Below, piece by piece: positions 1 to 12,530 of a stretch of 64,000 nt of DNA. Below the pieces are notes generated by a model. That model had not been told where the DNA came from. It searched no databases and saw only the letters and a list, made by a program, of their open reading frames with translations. The DNA comes from Octopus vulgaris (Eukaryota). Every line of letters begins with the position of its first letter. Position 1 is the first letter of the stretch. The stretch lies in contig OX597822.1 of the NCBI GenBank assembly GCA_951406725.2, positions 85,560,001 through 85,624,000 on the forward strand. The letters are read 5' to 3'. The translations under genes were made by a program, and so were the position numbers.

Positions 1-164
1 CACAGATTGTATCATAGCTTAAATCCACCATCTTCATGTAAACTTTGAAGCAAGAATAGACAGGTGAGGTAAATGATGAAAAACAGAAGGACACATTTGA
101 TAATCTAAACACCTAGCTAGCTAGTTACATATCTATACGTCTATCTACATCTATATAAGCTTCT

Positions 165-234
<70 letters not shown>

Positions 235-246
235 ACTCTATCTATA

Positions 247-292
<46 letters not shown>

Positions 293-713
293 CCCCCTCT
301 CTGTCTCTGTATTACTGTGTGTATGCACGCCTTATCTCACTACTCCACCTCCACTCGTGTCACCCCCTTCCTCTCTGTTTAAGTGGTTCTTCAGTTGAGA
401 CCCAATCCAGCGTGTGATGTGTCAACCTTCGACAGGGGACGCCGCCATTAATTGTAGTCTTTGATACGCGGACATTTCTACATAATACGACCTCATTCAG
501 CTGGAGTTGCACTGGAAAATGCTTGGTAGAGAAGGGTAGATTGAGAGAGACAGAGACATAGAGGAAAAGACAGAGACAGACAGACATACAGACAGAGAGA
601 AAGGGATTGAAAAGGAGAAAGAAGAAAAGGATAGAGAGGAATAACATAACTCACACACAGGTGAATGTTGTGCATGTGTGGACATGTGTGTAGGTGTGTG
701 TGTATAGTGTGTG

Positions 714-1105
<392 letters not shown>

Positions 1106-1592
1106 TACGCATGCGTTTGTTGCTGCCTATATCAATACAAATATTCAAACAGTTAAAAAGTTCGCTTGATAAACACAAGATTTCGGGTTCGACTAACGGT
1201 GTGACATCTTACATAAATACCATTCATCATAGCCTTGGATCGACCCATGCTTTATGAGTGAAATTCGGTAGTGAAAACTTAGCGGAAGCCCGCAGAATTG
1301 GTTTATACCTGCAATTCAAATGCAGAGACAGTCATGGACTGTGTGAGTTTGAATCCGTTTGAAGATCATGGTGAGTCTAAACAAATATACGGAATACTCA
1401 ACAACATATACGCTAATTCAACGAGGCAGAGACCTGAATGGCTTCAACAACTGACACTCAGCGTCGAAATCTACGAAAATCCTCTTGGGGCCATTTTTTC
1501 CTTTTCTGTCTACCTATATATGTCTATCTGTGTCTGTTTATAGATATCTGCACACGCATACATGTATACACACACACACACACGCACGCACG

Positions 1593-1665
<73 letters not shown>

Positions 1666-2011
1666 TAACTTAAACAAATAACAGCAGATGGATATTGGTT
1701 CATTCACTACAGCTGTTTCAAACGAGTTGTTTTTTTATTGATGACTAAAGTTATTAGATCACGCGAAAAAAGAAACCCGTTTTCATCAAGTGAATATACA
1801 CGAATTAAAGTGAATATACAAGAATCAACATTATGTGCGTTTTACGTATCATGAAGCAAGCCATTTCATGTTTCCTGGCTGACTTCAGCCAAAGAATGAT
1901 TCGCTCACACTTGTTAGTAGTTTATACAGCAAAATCATTAGGGTGACGGGAGCAGGGAGGGAGGTGAGGAGCAGTTGTAGTGGGAGGAAGAATACAGAAC
2001 AGGAGATGAGA

Positions 2012-2170
2012 TATATAAAAAACAGAGACAGGTGAAAGAACAACAGAGTGTATTAGTTTGAGGATCAGAGAAAATGGAAGAAGTCTTTTAACGTTTCGAA
2101 CCTATGTCCTTCTACGGAAAGGAATTAGAAGGGGGAAAAATGGAGAAAACAAAATTCAAGAGACAAAAAA
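2012..2170 (-). mobile_element. Solo PLE 3' end (family H1) with degenerate hammerhead at 2085-2120
   Basis: Minus strand TTT-CCGTAGA-A-GGA-catagg-TTC-GAAA-CG-TT-AAAAGAC, followed by ...aactaatacac...ttcacctgtc as in 63350-63420. Confidence 0.6.
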
Positions 2171-4137
2171 TGTATCTGGATTAACGGAGCTACTTGTATG
2201 TATGTATGTATGTATGTATGTATGTATGTATGTATGACTCTTGAGAGTCAACGGCCATCCAATAAATGATTTAAGGCTGTATCATGCGCGGGGACATAGA
2301 AATAATCGGACTGAATACCCGATCGCGTGGTTAAACCATTGGGAGTGAAGGTCTCCTAGCCTTTGTTAGGGCATTCTTCTAAGAGAATATAACTCAGGTA
2401 ACTGGGATGACTCCGATATAAAACCTGCGGCTTAGTGGTTACCGATGATGTTGACTTGTTCTTCTTTTCGAATTATGGCTGCTGTTGCTTAGTGAATGGG
2501 ATTGACATAGTGCACAGCCTTTCCTCACTTTAAAAAAATTTTCTTGCACAGGCATTGCACGATAACAACATTGATTAAGCTTCGTGCAATGACCATACTC
2601 GATAACGAGGGGGCAGCCACCATACACCATGTATGTATGTATGTATGTATGTATGTATGTATGTATGTATGTATGTATATATGTATGTATGTATGTAGGA
2701 AGGTAGGAAGGTAGGTAGGTAGGTAGGTAGGTAGGTAGGTAGGTAGGTAGGTAGGTAGGTAGGTAGGTAGGTAGGTATGCATGTATGCATATATGTATGT
2801 ATGTGTGAATGTATGTATGCATGCATGCATATGTGTGTATGTGTGTATGTATGTATGCATGCATGTATGTATATATGTATGCATGCATGTGTGTGTATGT
2901 ATGAATGTATGTATGTATTCATGTGTGTGTATGAATGTACGTAAGTATGCATGTATATATGTATGCATGTGTGTGTATGTATGAATTGATGAATGTATGT
3001 ACGTGTGTGTATGTATGTCTGCTTGTCTATGTATGGTATGTATCTTTGTGTATGCGCTGTGTGTACGTACGCATGTATGTGTGTGTATGCATGCGTATGC
3101 ATGTGTATGCATGTGTATGTATGTATGTGTGTATGTATGAATGTATGTCTGTGTACGTATCTATGTATGTATGTACATGAAGAGAACTGGTTCACTAAGA
3201 CCAATGTGTGTGTGTGTGTGAATGTGTGTCCGTGTCCATCTGTGTGTATGTGTGTGTGCGTACTTGTTTGTGTGTGTGTGTTATTTAAAGAAGGCGGTGG
3301 GGTGGGAGAATAAAGATCGATCAAATGAAAAGTGAGAAAGTGAGAAAGAGGTCTGCAGAGAAAAACGGACAGACAGACAGACAGACAGTGAAATGGAAGA
3401 GAGTGAGAGAGAGAGAGAGAGGGAGAGGAGGTGAGAAGGAGTAGCAATAACAAGAAAAAAGAAAACGTTATATAAACGAGGGAGGCGTGGGAGGAAGTAA
3501 ATTAACACCAACAAAGGTGGAAACACAGGATGGGGGTGGAGCCAAGAGATTTGAAAATGAAACGCTGAGGAGGTGACCATTGTGTCATTGTTTTAAGGAT
3601 GCTGGCCACTTAATGTCATAAGAGCCGCTTCATCATTTTTACCAACAACCTATACGGGAGTTCAAGCTCCAGGCAATGTTATTTCATCGCCTCTGTGTCG
3701 TCGCCTTTTCTTTTAGATTTCTTTTCTTTGTGTTTTTCCTTCGCTCTTTCCTTCTTTTTCTCTTTTTACATTTCATGTTAAAAATTCCACCCAACTTTTT
3801 TTAAACTTCTTTCACATTTGTTTTTGCTTTGTTATTTTGTTGTTTTCTTTTCTATTTTATTCATCATAAAGAAGCGGTTTATACCTTCATGTGTTTTTCT
3901 TCTTTATTCTTCTTACTCAGTGGGTGTATATAACGATTATCCGGTCTATTTTGTCGGGAATTAGCAAAGCAGTATAAGAGAAGGAATCGCTGAAAATGGC
4001 GCCTGGCCACTCGAATTAACTCGCAAGCTTCCTTAATTACACAACTCCTGTTTACACACGTATATGCAGTGTTGCGTATGTGTGTGTATGAGTGTATATA
4101 GGTGTGTGCGTCTATGTAAACATGTATATGAATATAT

Positions 4138-4184
<47 letters not shown>

Positions 4185-4232
4185 TACGTCGTTTTGATCT
4201 CTCATTTTGTATCCTTTTTATTTGTTGCTTAC

Positions 4233-4295
<63 letters not shown>

Positions 4296-4576
4296 AGTTA
4301 TTAGTATTATTTGGGGGTTTCTTTGTTTTTTCTACTCCGACAGGTACATATCTAAAACGGCTGCTTTATTTCCCTATATTATTCCCTAAAACTGGTTGAA
4401 AATGACGCAATCGATTGTCCGTTCAACATGAATAAAGGCCAAACGGAGTTTCTTTCTATGAATAAAACTTATAGGAAGATGAAATAAAACAAAACCGGAA
4501 GATTGAAAAACAGAAAGCGGGCGAAAAACAAAAGGGTGAGAGAATGAGAAATACAGAATGAATGGAAGGAAGCCTG

Positions 4577-4610
<34 letters not shown>

Positions 4611-4704
4611 GGGCAGGCAGACAGACAGACAGACAGATAGACAGACAGACAGAGACAGACAGACAAACAGACAGACAGAAAGAGAGACACAAAGAGAGAC
4701 ACAA

Positions 4705-4741
<37 letters not shown>

Positions 4742-5208
4742 AAGTGAGAGAGATAGAGAAAGAAACAAAATGGTTGTTAAGCAACAAAGCAAGAGACCTT
4801 TGAGAGCGAAAGGATTAACTATAAGTACTCACACACACACACGTTTATGTGCGTGTTTGTGTGGCTTAGTGGTTAGGGTGTTGCACACGCGATCGCAAGC
4901 TCGTGGTATCGATCCCCGTATCGAGCGATGCGTTATTTCCATGAGTAAAACACTTCGTTTCACGTTATTACTCTCCGTGGTTACTCCGACAGAAACAACG
5001 TCGATTTGATGGAGGCATTTTCAGTTTCCGTCTACCAAATCCACTAACAAGGGTTTGGTCGGCCCGAGACTATAGAAGAAGATACTTGTCCAAGGCGCCA
5101 CACAGTGGGACTGAACCCGGAACCATGTGGTTGGTAAGCAAGCTACTTACCACAGAGCCACTCTTGCACCTATATATATATACATGCATACACACACACA
5201 TATATATC

Positions 5209-5244
<36 letters not shown>

Positions 5245-5314
5245 TTAGGGAGTAAATCCAAACTTACAGGGAAAAATTAGATTTAGGATTAAATCTAATT
5301 TTACAGTATAAATA

Positions 5315-5502
5315 TATATATATATATTAAATTAGAGATAAAACCACTATTAGGCAAATCAAACAGTGAAAAACATAAACCAAAACATAGAAATAAATTT
5401 AATTAATATAATATACAAAATATATAAAATATAATATTCAAAATTTAAATTATTTAAATTAAAAATTTAAAAAAATTTTTAATTATTAATTTATACTTAT
5501 AA

Positions 5503-5560
<58 letters not shown>

Positions 5561-5773
5561 ATTTTTTATTTATATTATATATAAAAATTTATAAGTATAA
5601 ATTAATAATTTAAAAACATTTTTAATTTTTAATTTTTAATTTTTAATTTAAACAATTTAAATTTTGAATATTATATTTTATATATTTTGTATATTATATT
5701 TATTAACTTTATTTCTATGTTTTGGTTTATGTTTTTCACTGTTTGATTTGCTTAATAGTGGTTTTATCTCTAA

Positions 5774-5790
<17 letters not shown>
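5315..5790. repeat. AT-rich inverted repeat (~195-bp arms) centred on (TA)n
   Basis: AATTAGAGATAAAACCACTATTAGGCAAATCAAACAGTGAAAAAC... versus ...GTTTTTCACTGTTTGATTTGCTTAATAGTGGTTTTATCTCTAATT. Confidence 0.8.
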
Positions 5791-5843
<53 letters not shown>

Positions 5844-6147
5844 TACTTGGAAGAAGACGACGCATCAATCATATAATAACAATTTAATAAATAAAACATA
5901 CACGCAATGAGTCGAAACAGGGGCAGCTGAAGAAGAGGAATGTTCCTTGTGTTGTTTGTCTTGTACTCTGGTTTTTCGTTGTTAAAAAAAGTCCGTTTCC
6001 TTGTTTTGTTTTTATGTTTTCGTTTCTTGTTGTGTTCTACGATTATTTGTGGTGTCCTGTACCCATATATGCATGTATATATACATATAAATGTAGGTAT
6101 GTACATATATGTATGTATGTATGCATATGTTTTATTTATTAAATTGT

Positions 6148-6221
<74 letters not shown>

Positions 6222-6268
6222 GTGTGTGTGTGTGTGTATATATATACGTATGCTTATATATATATGCA

Positions 6269-6304
<36 letters not shown>

Positions 6305-6510
6305 GAAAAAAGTCAAGGTAGAAAATGCTAAAACAATTTTTAAAAAAACATTCTGGTACCGGTTTCAGTCATTGAGACTTTTTCAACTGTAAGTATGGAA
6401 AACAATTAAATTTTGAAAAAATTGAAAGAATATTTGCATTGTATTCAAATACAAGGGGTATTTTCCTTGTTTCTGCATGTCTCTGTCTCTCTTGTTTACT
6501 CTTGTGTATA
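6305..6510 (-). mobile_element. Family H5 element with hammerhead-like motif at 6353-6389
   Basis: Minus strand CAG-TTGAAAA-AGTC-tcaat-GACT-GAAA-CCGG-TA; colinear with 34220-34440. Confidence 0.6.
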
Positions 6511-7060
6511 TATTCAGACAGGCTTCTTTTCAGTTTCCGTCTTACGAATCCACTCTCAAGGTCTTGGTCAGTGCGAGCCTATAATGGAATACACTGTCCA
6601 AGGTGTCAAGCGGTGAGACTGAATCGAGTATCATGTGGTTGGAAGGAAACTTCTTACTATGCAATCAGTCTGTGCTCTCTCTCTCTCTCTCTCTCTCACT
6701 CACACACACACACACACACATACATATATAAGGTCATGCTATCTGTATTCTACAGTTATCTGTAGAAGAAGTGCCCACAGCCTTTGCAGGCCTCATAGAC
6801 CAGTCAGTTCGATGCTATTAAGGTTCCTTTTTAATCTTTGGAAGTCAACAGTTGCGGGAAAGACATGAGATGGAAGGGAATTCCAGAAGAGTAAAGTCCT
6901 GGGGAATAAGGATTGGGCGTAGTGAATAGTGTGTGACTTGAGAGTTTGGACTCAACACAGATGATGGAAGAAGGAGAGACGAGGAAGATGGAAGCGGCAC
7001 AAGTAAAGCCACACCTGAGGAGCAGATGCCATAATAATGGTTGTAAAAAAAGTAGAGAGA

Positions 7061-7115
<55 letters not shown>

Positions 7116-7164
7116 CGCCTGAGGGAGCAAAAAAGGCTGGAGCATGTCCGTGACCTGATATACT

Positions 7165-7398
7165 TATTTCTTTACTATCCACAAGGGGCTAAACAAAGAG
7201 AAGACAAACAAGGACAGACAGACGGATTAAGTCGATTATATCGACCCCAGTGCGTAGCTGGTACTTAATTTATCGACCCCGAAAGGATGAAAGGCAAAGT
7301 CGACCTCGGCGGAATTTGAACTCAGAACGTAGCGGCAGACGAAATACTGCTAAGCATTTCGCCCGGCGTGCTAACGATTCTGCCAGCTCGCCGCCTTA
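7165..7398 (-). mobile_element. tRNA-derived SINE family A, full length
   Basis: Head GGCGGCGAGCTGGCAGAATCGTTAG, B-box GAGTTCAAATTCC; perfect 15-bp TSD GTGACCTGATATACT (7150-7164, 7399-7413). Confidence 0.9.
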
Positions 7399-7445
7399 GT
7401 GACCTGATATACTGTGACTCTGTGGAAGCCCGTCGTGTGTGTGTG

Positions 7446-7493
<48 letters not shown>

Positions 7494-8508
7494 TGTGTGC
7501 GTGAGCGTCTGTATTTGTGTTTGTACCTCACACTGGTGTTGGCTTCTTTACGTTTCTGTAACTTAACGGTTTGGCAAAAGAGAACGATGGATTCAGTGCC
7601 AGGTTTAAAAACAAGTACTGGTGCTCCAGCACGGCCGTAGTCCGAAGACTGAAACAAGTAAAAAAAAAGATGTTCCTGGAAGTGAAGAGGGTGTATGAGA
7701 GGTTAATGCGGGGGACTCAATGAGGGGAAGGAAAGATGAATGGCGGAAGTGGAGTGGTGGTCACGGTAGTAGCGAGAGAACACTGAATCTGGACATGTAT
7801 TTGTGTGGGTGTTTGTAAGTGGGGGGGTGTCTATGTATATATTTGTGTGTGTATGTGTGTGTGTGTGTACATAAAGCAGTGGTTTGGTAGAGTTGCTAGC
7901 GATGTAGGTAACAATATCCGACATGAGAGTCATTGTAGCGCTTCTAAAAAGGTAATAATAAGCATTGCTCAGGCTTCGGCCCAAGAGAGGAACTGTCCAG
8001 TTCTGGTCAAAGGAATATTTAGTATATAGCTAGAGAGAGAGACAGAGGCGTAAAAGCCTATATATATATAGACCTATAAGTGTGTTTACGACGTGTGAAT
8101 GTATATGAGTACATATCACAGTATCACAGCACCAACCAGATCATCAGACGTTGTTATGCACCGCTGATCACAGTGCGCTTCTGTCTTGATTGTACCATTA
8201 TTTTCCATCTTGACCCAAATTGCTTGACTAAATCGTTTTCCCATCGTCGCGGAAACCCACCAAGTGGCCTTTTCTGATCTCTTTGATATCACTCGTTAAA
8301 AGACGTGAATTAGTTGGAAAAAAAAATTCTGGGGGGAAAAAATGATTTTTTTCAACTTAATCACATTTATATAAAAAGGTATGAATTTTCAACAAGAAAA
8401 AACAAAAAAACATTTATGATGAATTCCTGAAAGGGGCAAAAGCAATAAATAAATAGATTTTATCCAAATCATGACTACCGCCCTTTTTCTTAAGAAATAA
8501 AATTTGTA

Positions 8509-8930
8509 AGGCGGAGAGCTGGCAGAAACGTTAGCACGCCGGGTGAAATGCTTTGCGGACTTTCGTCTGCCGTTACGCTCTGAGTTCAAATTCCACCGAG
8601 GTCGACTTTGCCTTTCATCCTTTCGGGGTCGATAAATTAAGTACCAGTTACGCACTGGGGTCGATGTAATCGACTTAATCCGTTTGTCTGTCCTTGTTTG
8701 TCCCCTCTGTGTTTAGCTCCTTGTGAGTAGTAAACAAATAGGTATTTCGTCTGCCGTAACATTATGAGTTCAAATTCCACCGAAGTCGATTTTGCCTGTC
8801 ATCCTTTCGGGGTCGATAAATTAAGTACCAGTTACGCTCTGGGGTGCATGTAATCGACTTAATCTCTTTGCCTGTCTTTGTTTGTCCCCTCTATGTTTAG
8901 CCCCCTGTGGGCAATAAAGAAATAAATATA
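8509..8930 (+). mobile_element. SINE family A with tandemly duplicated body
   Basis: One head, then a ~180-bp body twice (8560-8740, 8742-8925); imperfect TSD TAA(A/C)ATTTGTA. Confidence 0.85.
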
Positions 8931-8964
8931 TAACATTTGTACACCACTTCAAACAATCTATACA

Positions 8965-9009
<45 letters not shown>

Positions 9010-9592
9010 ACGCGTTTTAGTCAGTGACTGTGTGCAAAACTTCAAACAACCACGAACCAAGATTCTTCTTCAAATCGAGCCAAAGGGTTAGCAGTACGGA
9101 TGCTACCTTCTTCGTTGTTGTGTAGTATTTCTTTCATGGCTGGAACCGGCAGAGAAACATAAATAGCCAAATAGAAATAGAGAGGAAGGCTAGAATGTTA
9201 GCCGGGTGGAAGTAAAGATGTTTAAACTAGAGATTCTTTAAATAAATAAACTCATGCAGGCTAAAAGCGACCCTATTAAGCAACCACCTTAGCTCCACTA
9301 TTTTACGCCCGTGCACCCCACCACTAACTCCTACCTGTATTTCATTCATTAAATGGTCCTGTGAAAAATTTAAGGAGAAACCAACTGGAATTGAACCCAG
9401 CTAGCTTCCATAGCAACGATGAAGGATTATAAACGCTTTGATTTATTTATTTTTATGTTTATGTTTTCTGGGTTCTTCAGCTTGTTTCTTTTTGTTTTTC
9501 TTTTATTTTTTTGTTTTAATTCTTTTGTGGCGTTTGGATTTGGCTGCTGTCCTTCAAGCAGACTACTTGAACGCACACAATATGTATGTATG

Positions 9593-9691
<99 letters not shown>

Positions 9692-9870
9692 TATATATAT
9701 AATGGTTGTATACTGTCAATCTAACAAGAACGTGACAGTAGGGGGTACACCACCGTTATATAGCCCTAGGAGGCATCGAACGCCTCCTGACAGCTCGACA
9801 CATTTTATCCTGTGTCCTTATATACACATACGAAGGGGAGACAAACACCCCCAACTGCCGGAACTGCATC

Positions 9871-9912
9871 TAGGGACACCGTGTTTCAGGATCATTGTCC
9901 TTCATCGGCCTA
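9871..9912 (-). ncRNA. Type I hammerhead ribozyme (family H2, inverted copy)
   Basis: Exact reverse complement of 10061-10102. Confidence 0.82.
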
Positions 9913-10060
9913 GAGTAGCAGACACCGGTCAGCTGGCGATGTCTGTCTCGACTTCGTATCTGTATATATCTATAGTCAGTGAAGTCTATTCACTGATTAT
10001 CAAAATAAGAAATATTGAGTTTCTAAATCTCTCGTAGAGAGGTGTACGATGGTGGAACGA

Positions 10061-10102
10061 TAGGCCGATGAAGGACAATGATCCTGAAACACGGTGTCCC
10101 TA
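10061..10102 (+). ncRNA. Type I hammerhead ribozyme (family H2)
   Basis: TAGG-CCGATGA-AGGA-caatga-TCCT-GAAA-CACGGTG-TC-CCTA; predicted GUC cleavage after 10098. Confidence 0.82.
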
Positions 10103-10328
10103 GATGCAGTTCCGGCAGTTGGGGGTGTTTGTCTCCCCTTCGTATGTGTATATAAGGACACAGGATAAAATGTGTCGAGCTGTCAGGAGGCGTTCGATGC
10201 CTCCTAGGGCTATATAACGGTGGTGTACCCCCTACTGTCACGTTCTTGTTAGATTGACAGTATACAACCATTATATCGCTCCACCACCGTACACCTCTCT
10301 ACGAGAGATTTAGAAACTCAATATTTCT

Positions 10329-10361
<33 letters not shown>

Positions 10362-10770
10362 TATATATATACATATATATATAGTTCAAATTTACAGAAA
10401 ACAAAAGACGAAGACAGTACACACACACACACATGTATGTAAACACACACATATACATATAAGTGTGTTGATAGCCTGTATACAGTTAATAATATTAACG
10501 GTGATTAAAACTCACTTTTCGCCGTCGTTACCCTGAGTAGCCAAGGTGAGGAACCTCGATTTTCGATACGTCTTAATATTTGTAGGTATCTATATGTACG
10601 ATTGTATGCGTGCAATTTGTGTACATCGGCACCAAGCGCACTTATACACATACTCCTATTGACGCGTGTGTGTGTGTGTGTGTGTGTGTACGCGCGCGCT
10701 GAAATATATATACACATATATATACTTACTTGGAAATGGATGTAAATATATATTTATGTGTATGTGTGTG

Positions 10771-10848
<78 letters not shown>

Positions 10849-10896
10849 TAGTAAAAGAGTAAAGTGTAAGAGAGTATATATATATATGTATGTATG

Positions 10897-10939
<43 letters not shown>

Positions 10940-11249
10940 ATGTATGTGTGTGTGTATGTATGTATATATGTATATATGTATATATGTATATATGATAGTA
11001 TGTGTGCGTGCTTGTATGTACACACACACACATTCATATCGCTCATGCATATGTACATACACAGCCTACTTGACAACTTGGTCCTTTGCTGTGGTGTGTG
11101 GCCCTACAAGACAAGCAGTCGATGTCTTTGGTGCTAAGTAGCCCCATCTTATCTAACGAACATAGGGGACAGTTTTGTAAAAACAGAAATGAAAAAAAAA
11201 AAAAACTTTAACCGAATTACAGACCCGTATTGGCAACCTGTCAACAGAA

Positions 11250-11612
11250 ACCACCACCACCACCACCACCACCACCACCACCACCACTACCACCACCAGC
11301 CATGTAGGACAATTGCAATGTCAACAACATCAAATATACAATGATGACGGTGGAGATGATGACGGTGGAGATGACGACGACGACGACGACGACAATGGTG
11401 AGGGTAATCACCACTTCCACCACCACCATCATCGTCACCATCATCATCATCATCCTCGTCATCGTCATCATTATCATCATCATCATCATCATCATCATCG
11501 TCATCATCATCGTCATCGCCATCGTCATTGTCGTTGTAATCACTATTATCGTGGTAGTCATAGTGGTAATGTTGTTGCTACTGCTGCTGCTGGTGATGAC
11601 GATGATGATGAT
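11250..11612. repeat. Compound trinucleotide repeat (CCA/GAC/CAT/GAT)
   Basis: Seen directly. Confidence 0.9.
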
Positions 11613-11984
11613 TTTTTTCAAGACTATGTTATGCTTAATTACAGTCAATAAGTGTATAAGATACTAAGTTTTTTTTTCCTTTTTTTTTTCTTTTTTTCCC
11701 CCAACTTTTAAAATTAAGGCAGAATCGTTGGCATGATTTCTTCCAGACCATTCCGTTCAGAGTTCAGGAGCCTCCAAGGTCAACTTTACCTTTTGGCTCT
11801 TTGGTGCTGATGCAATAAGTATCAGTCGAACACAGACATCCATCGAATCAGCTGATCTCCTTCACAAACTTTCAGATCTTCAGCCTAGAGTAGAAAAAGA
11901 TTTCATTATTATTCTTATTATTATTACTAAAATTTAATTTTCTTATTCTTACTACTATTACTACTATCATCATCATCATAATCT

Positions 11985-12530
11985 TTTAGCATGGTTTCAG
12001 GTGTTAATCAGGTACGTTCTCTGTATTCTCCATTCAGTCATATGACCTCAGATTGAGGTCATATGACTTAATGCTCAACTTTCGCAGCTTGTTGCGCTTC
12101 CACGTCTAGCCAAGTTTTGTAAAACTGCAGTTTTAGGTGTTATAATGAGCTCGTTGATGTCTGCTGCAAAGTTATTAGGAATTGAGCCAAGAGTTCCAAT
12201 TATTATTTGCAGAACTTTGTTCGGATGTTCCGCATTCTTGAGATTTCCAAACAAAATTTCGAATATTTAACCATTTTCTTGCGATCCTTGTTAGCAAATA
12301 TTAAAGTCGTTGTCTCTAATGTCACCATCGATAATTATTACATGTGTCCATCCCTTCTCCACCACGCTAATATCAGGTCTATTGTTCTCTATCACTTTGT
12401 TTGGACTTTTAAATCCCACTGGATTTCGTGAATTCATTATTTAAAAGCCAGGAATATCTCGCTACCATTTCTGATTTATCTCGAAACCATACATTTTTTC
12501 AAGACACCAACCAATGCAGAAAATAACGGC
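11985..12530 (-). mobile_element. 3' fragment of an R4/Dong-like element (RLE domain + 3' UTR)
   Basis: Minus-strand WDLKVQTK-VIENNRPDISVVEK..IIID, KYSK..EISR, IIIGTLGSIP. The 3' end abuts (ATT)/(CAT) repeats. Confidence 0.7.

Larger units (their letters stand above)
9697..10331. mobile_element. Non-coding double-inverted PLE-type cassette in (TA)n with two opposed hammerheads (family H2)
   Basis: Order A'(9697-9912), spacer, B'(10005-10056), A(10061-10276), B(10280-10331). Arms are near-identical reverse complements. Confidence 0.8.

Noticed and set aside
9438-10271. Identical peptide [15 protein letters not shown]... on both strands
   Set aside because: A consequence of the inverted repeat; no evidence of coding function.
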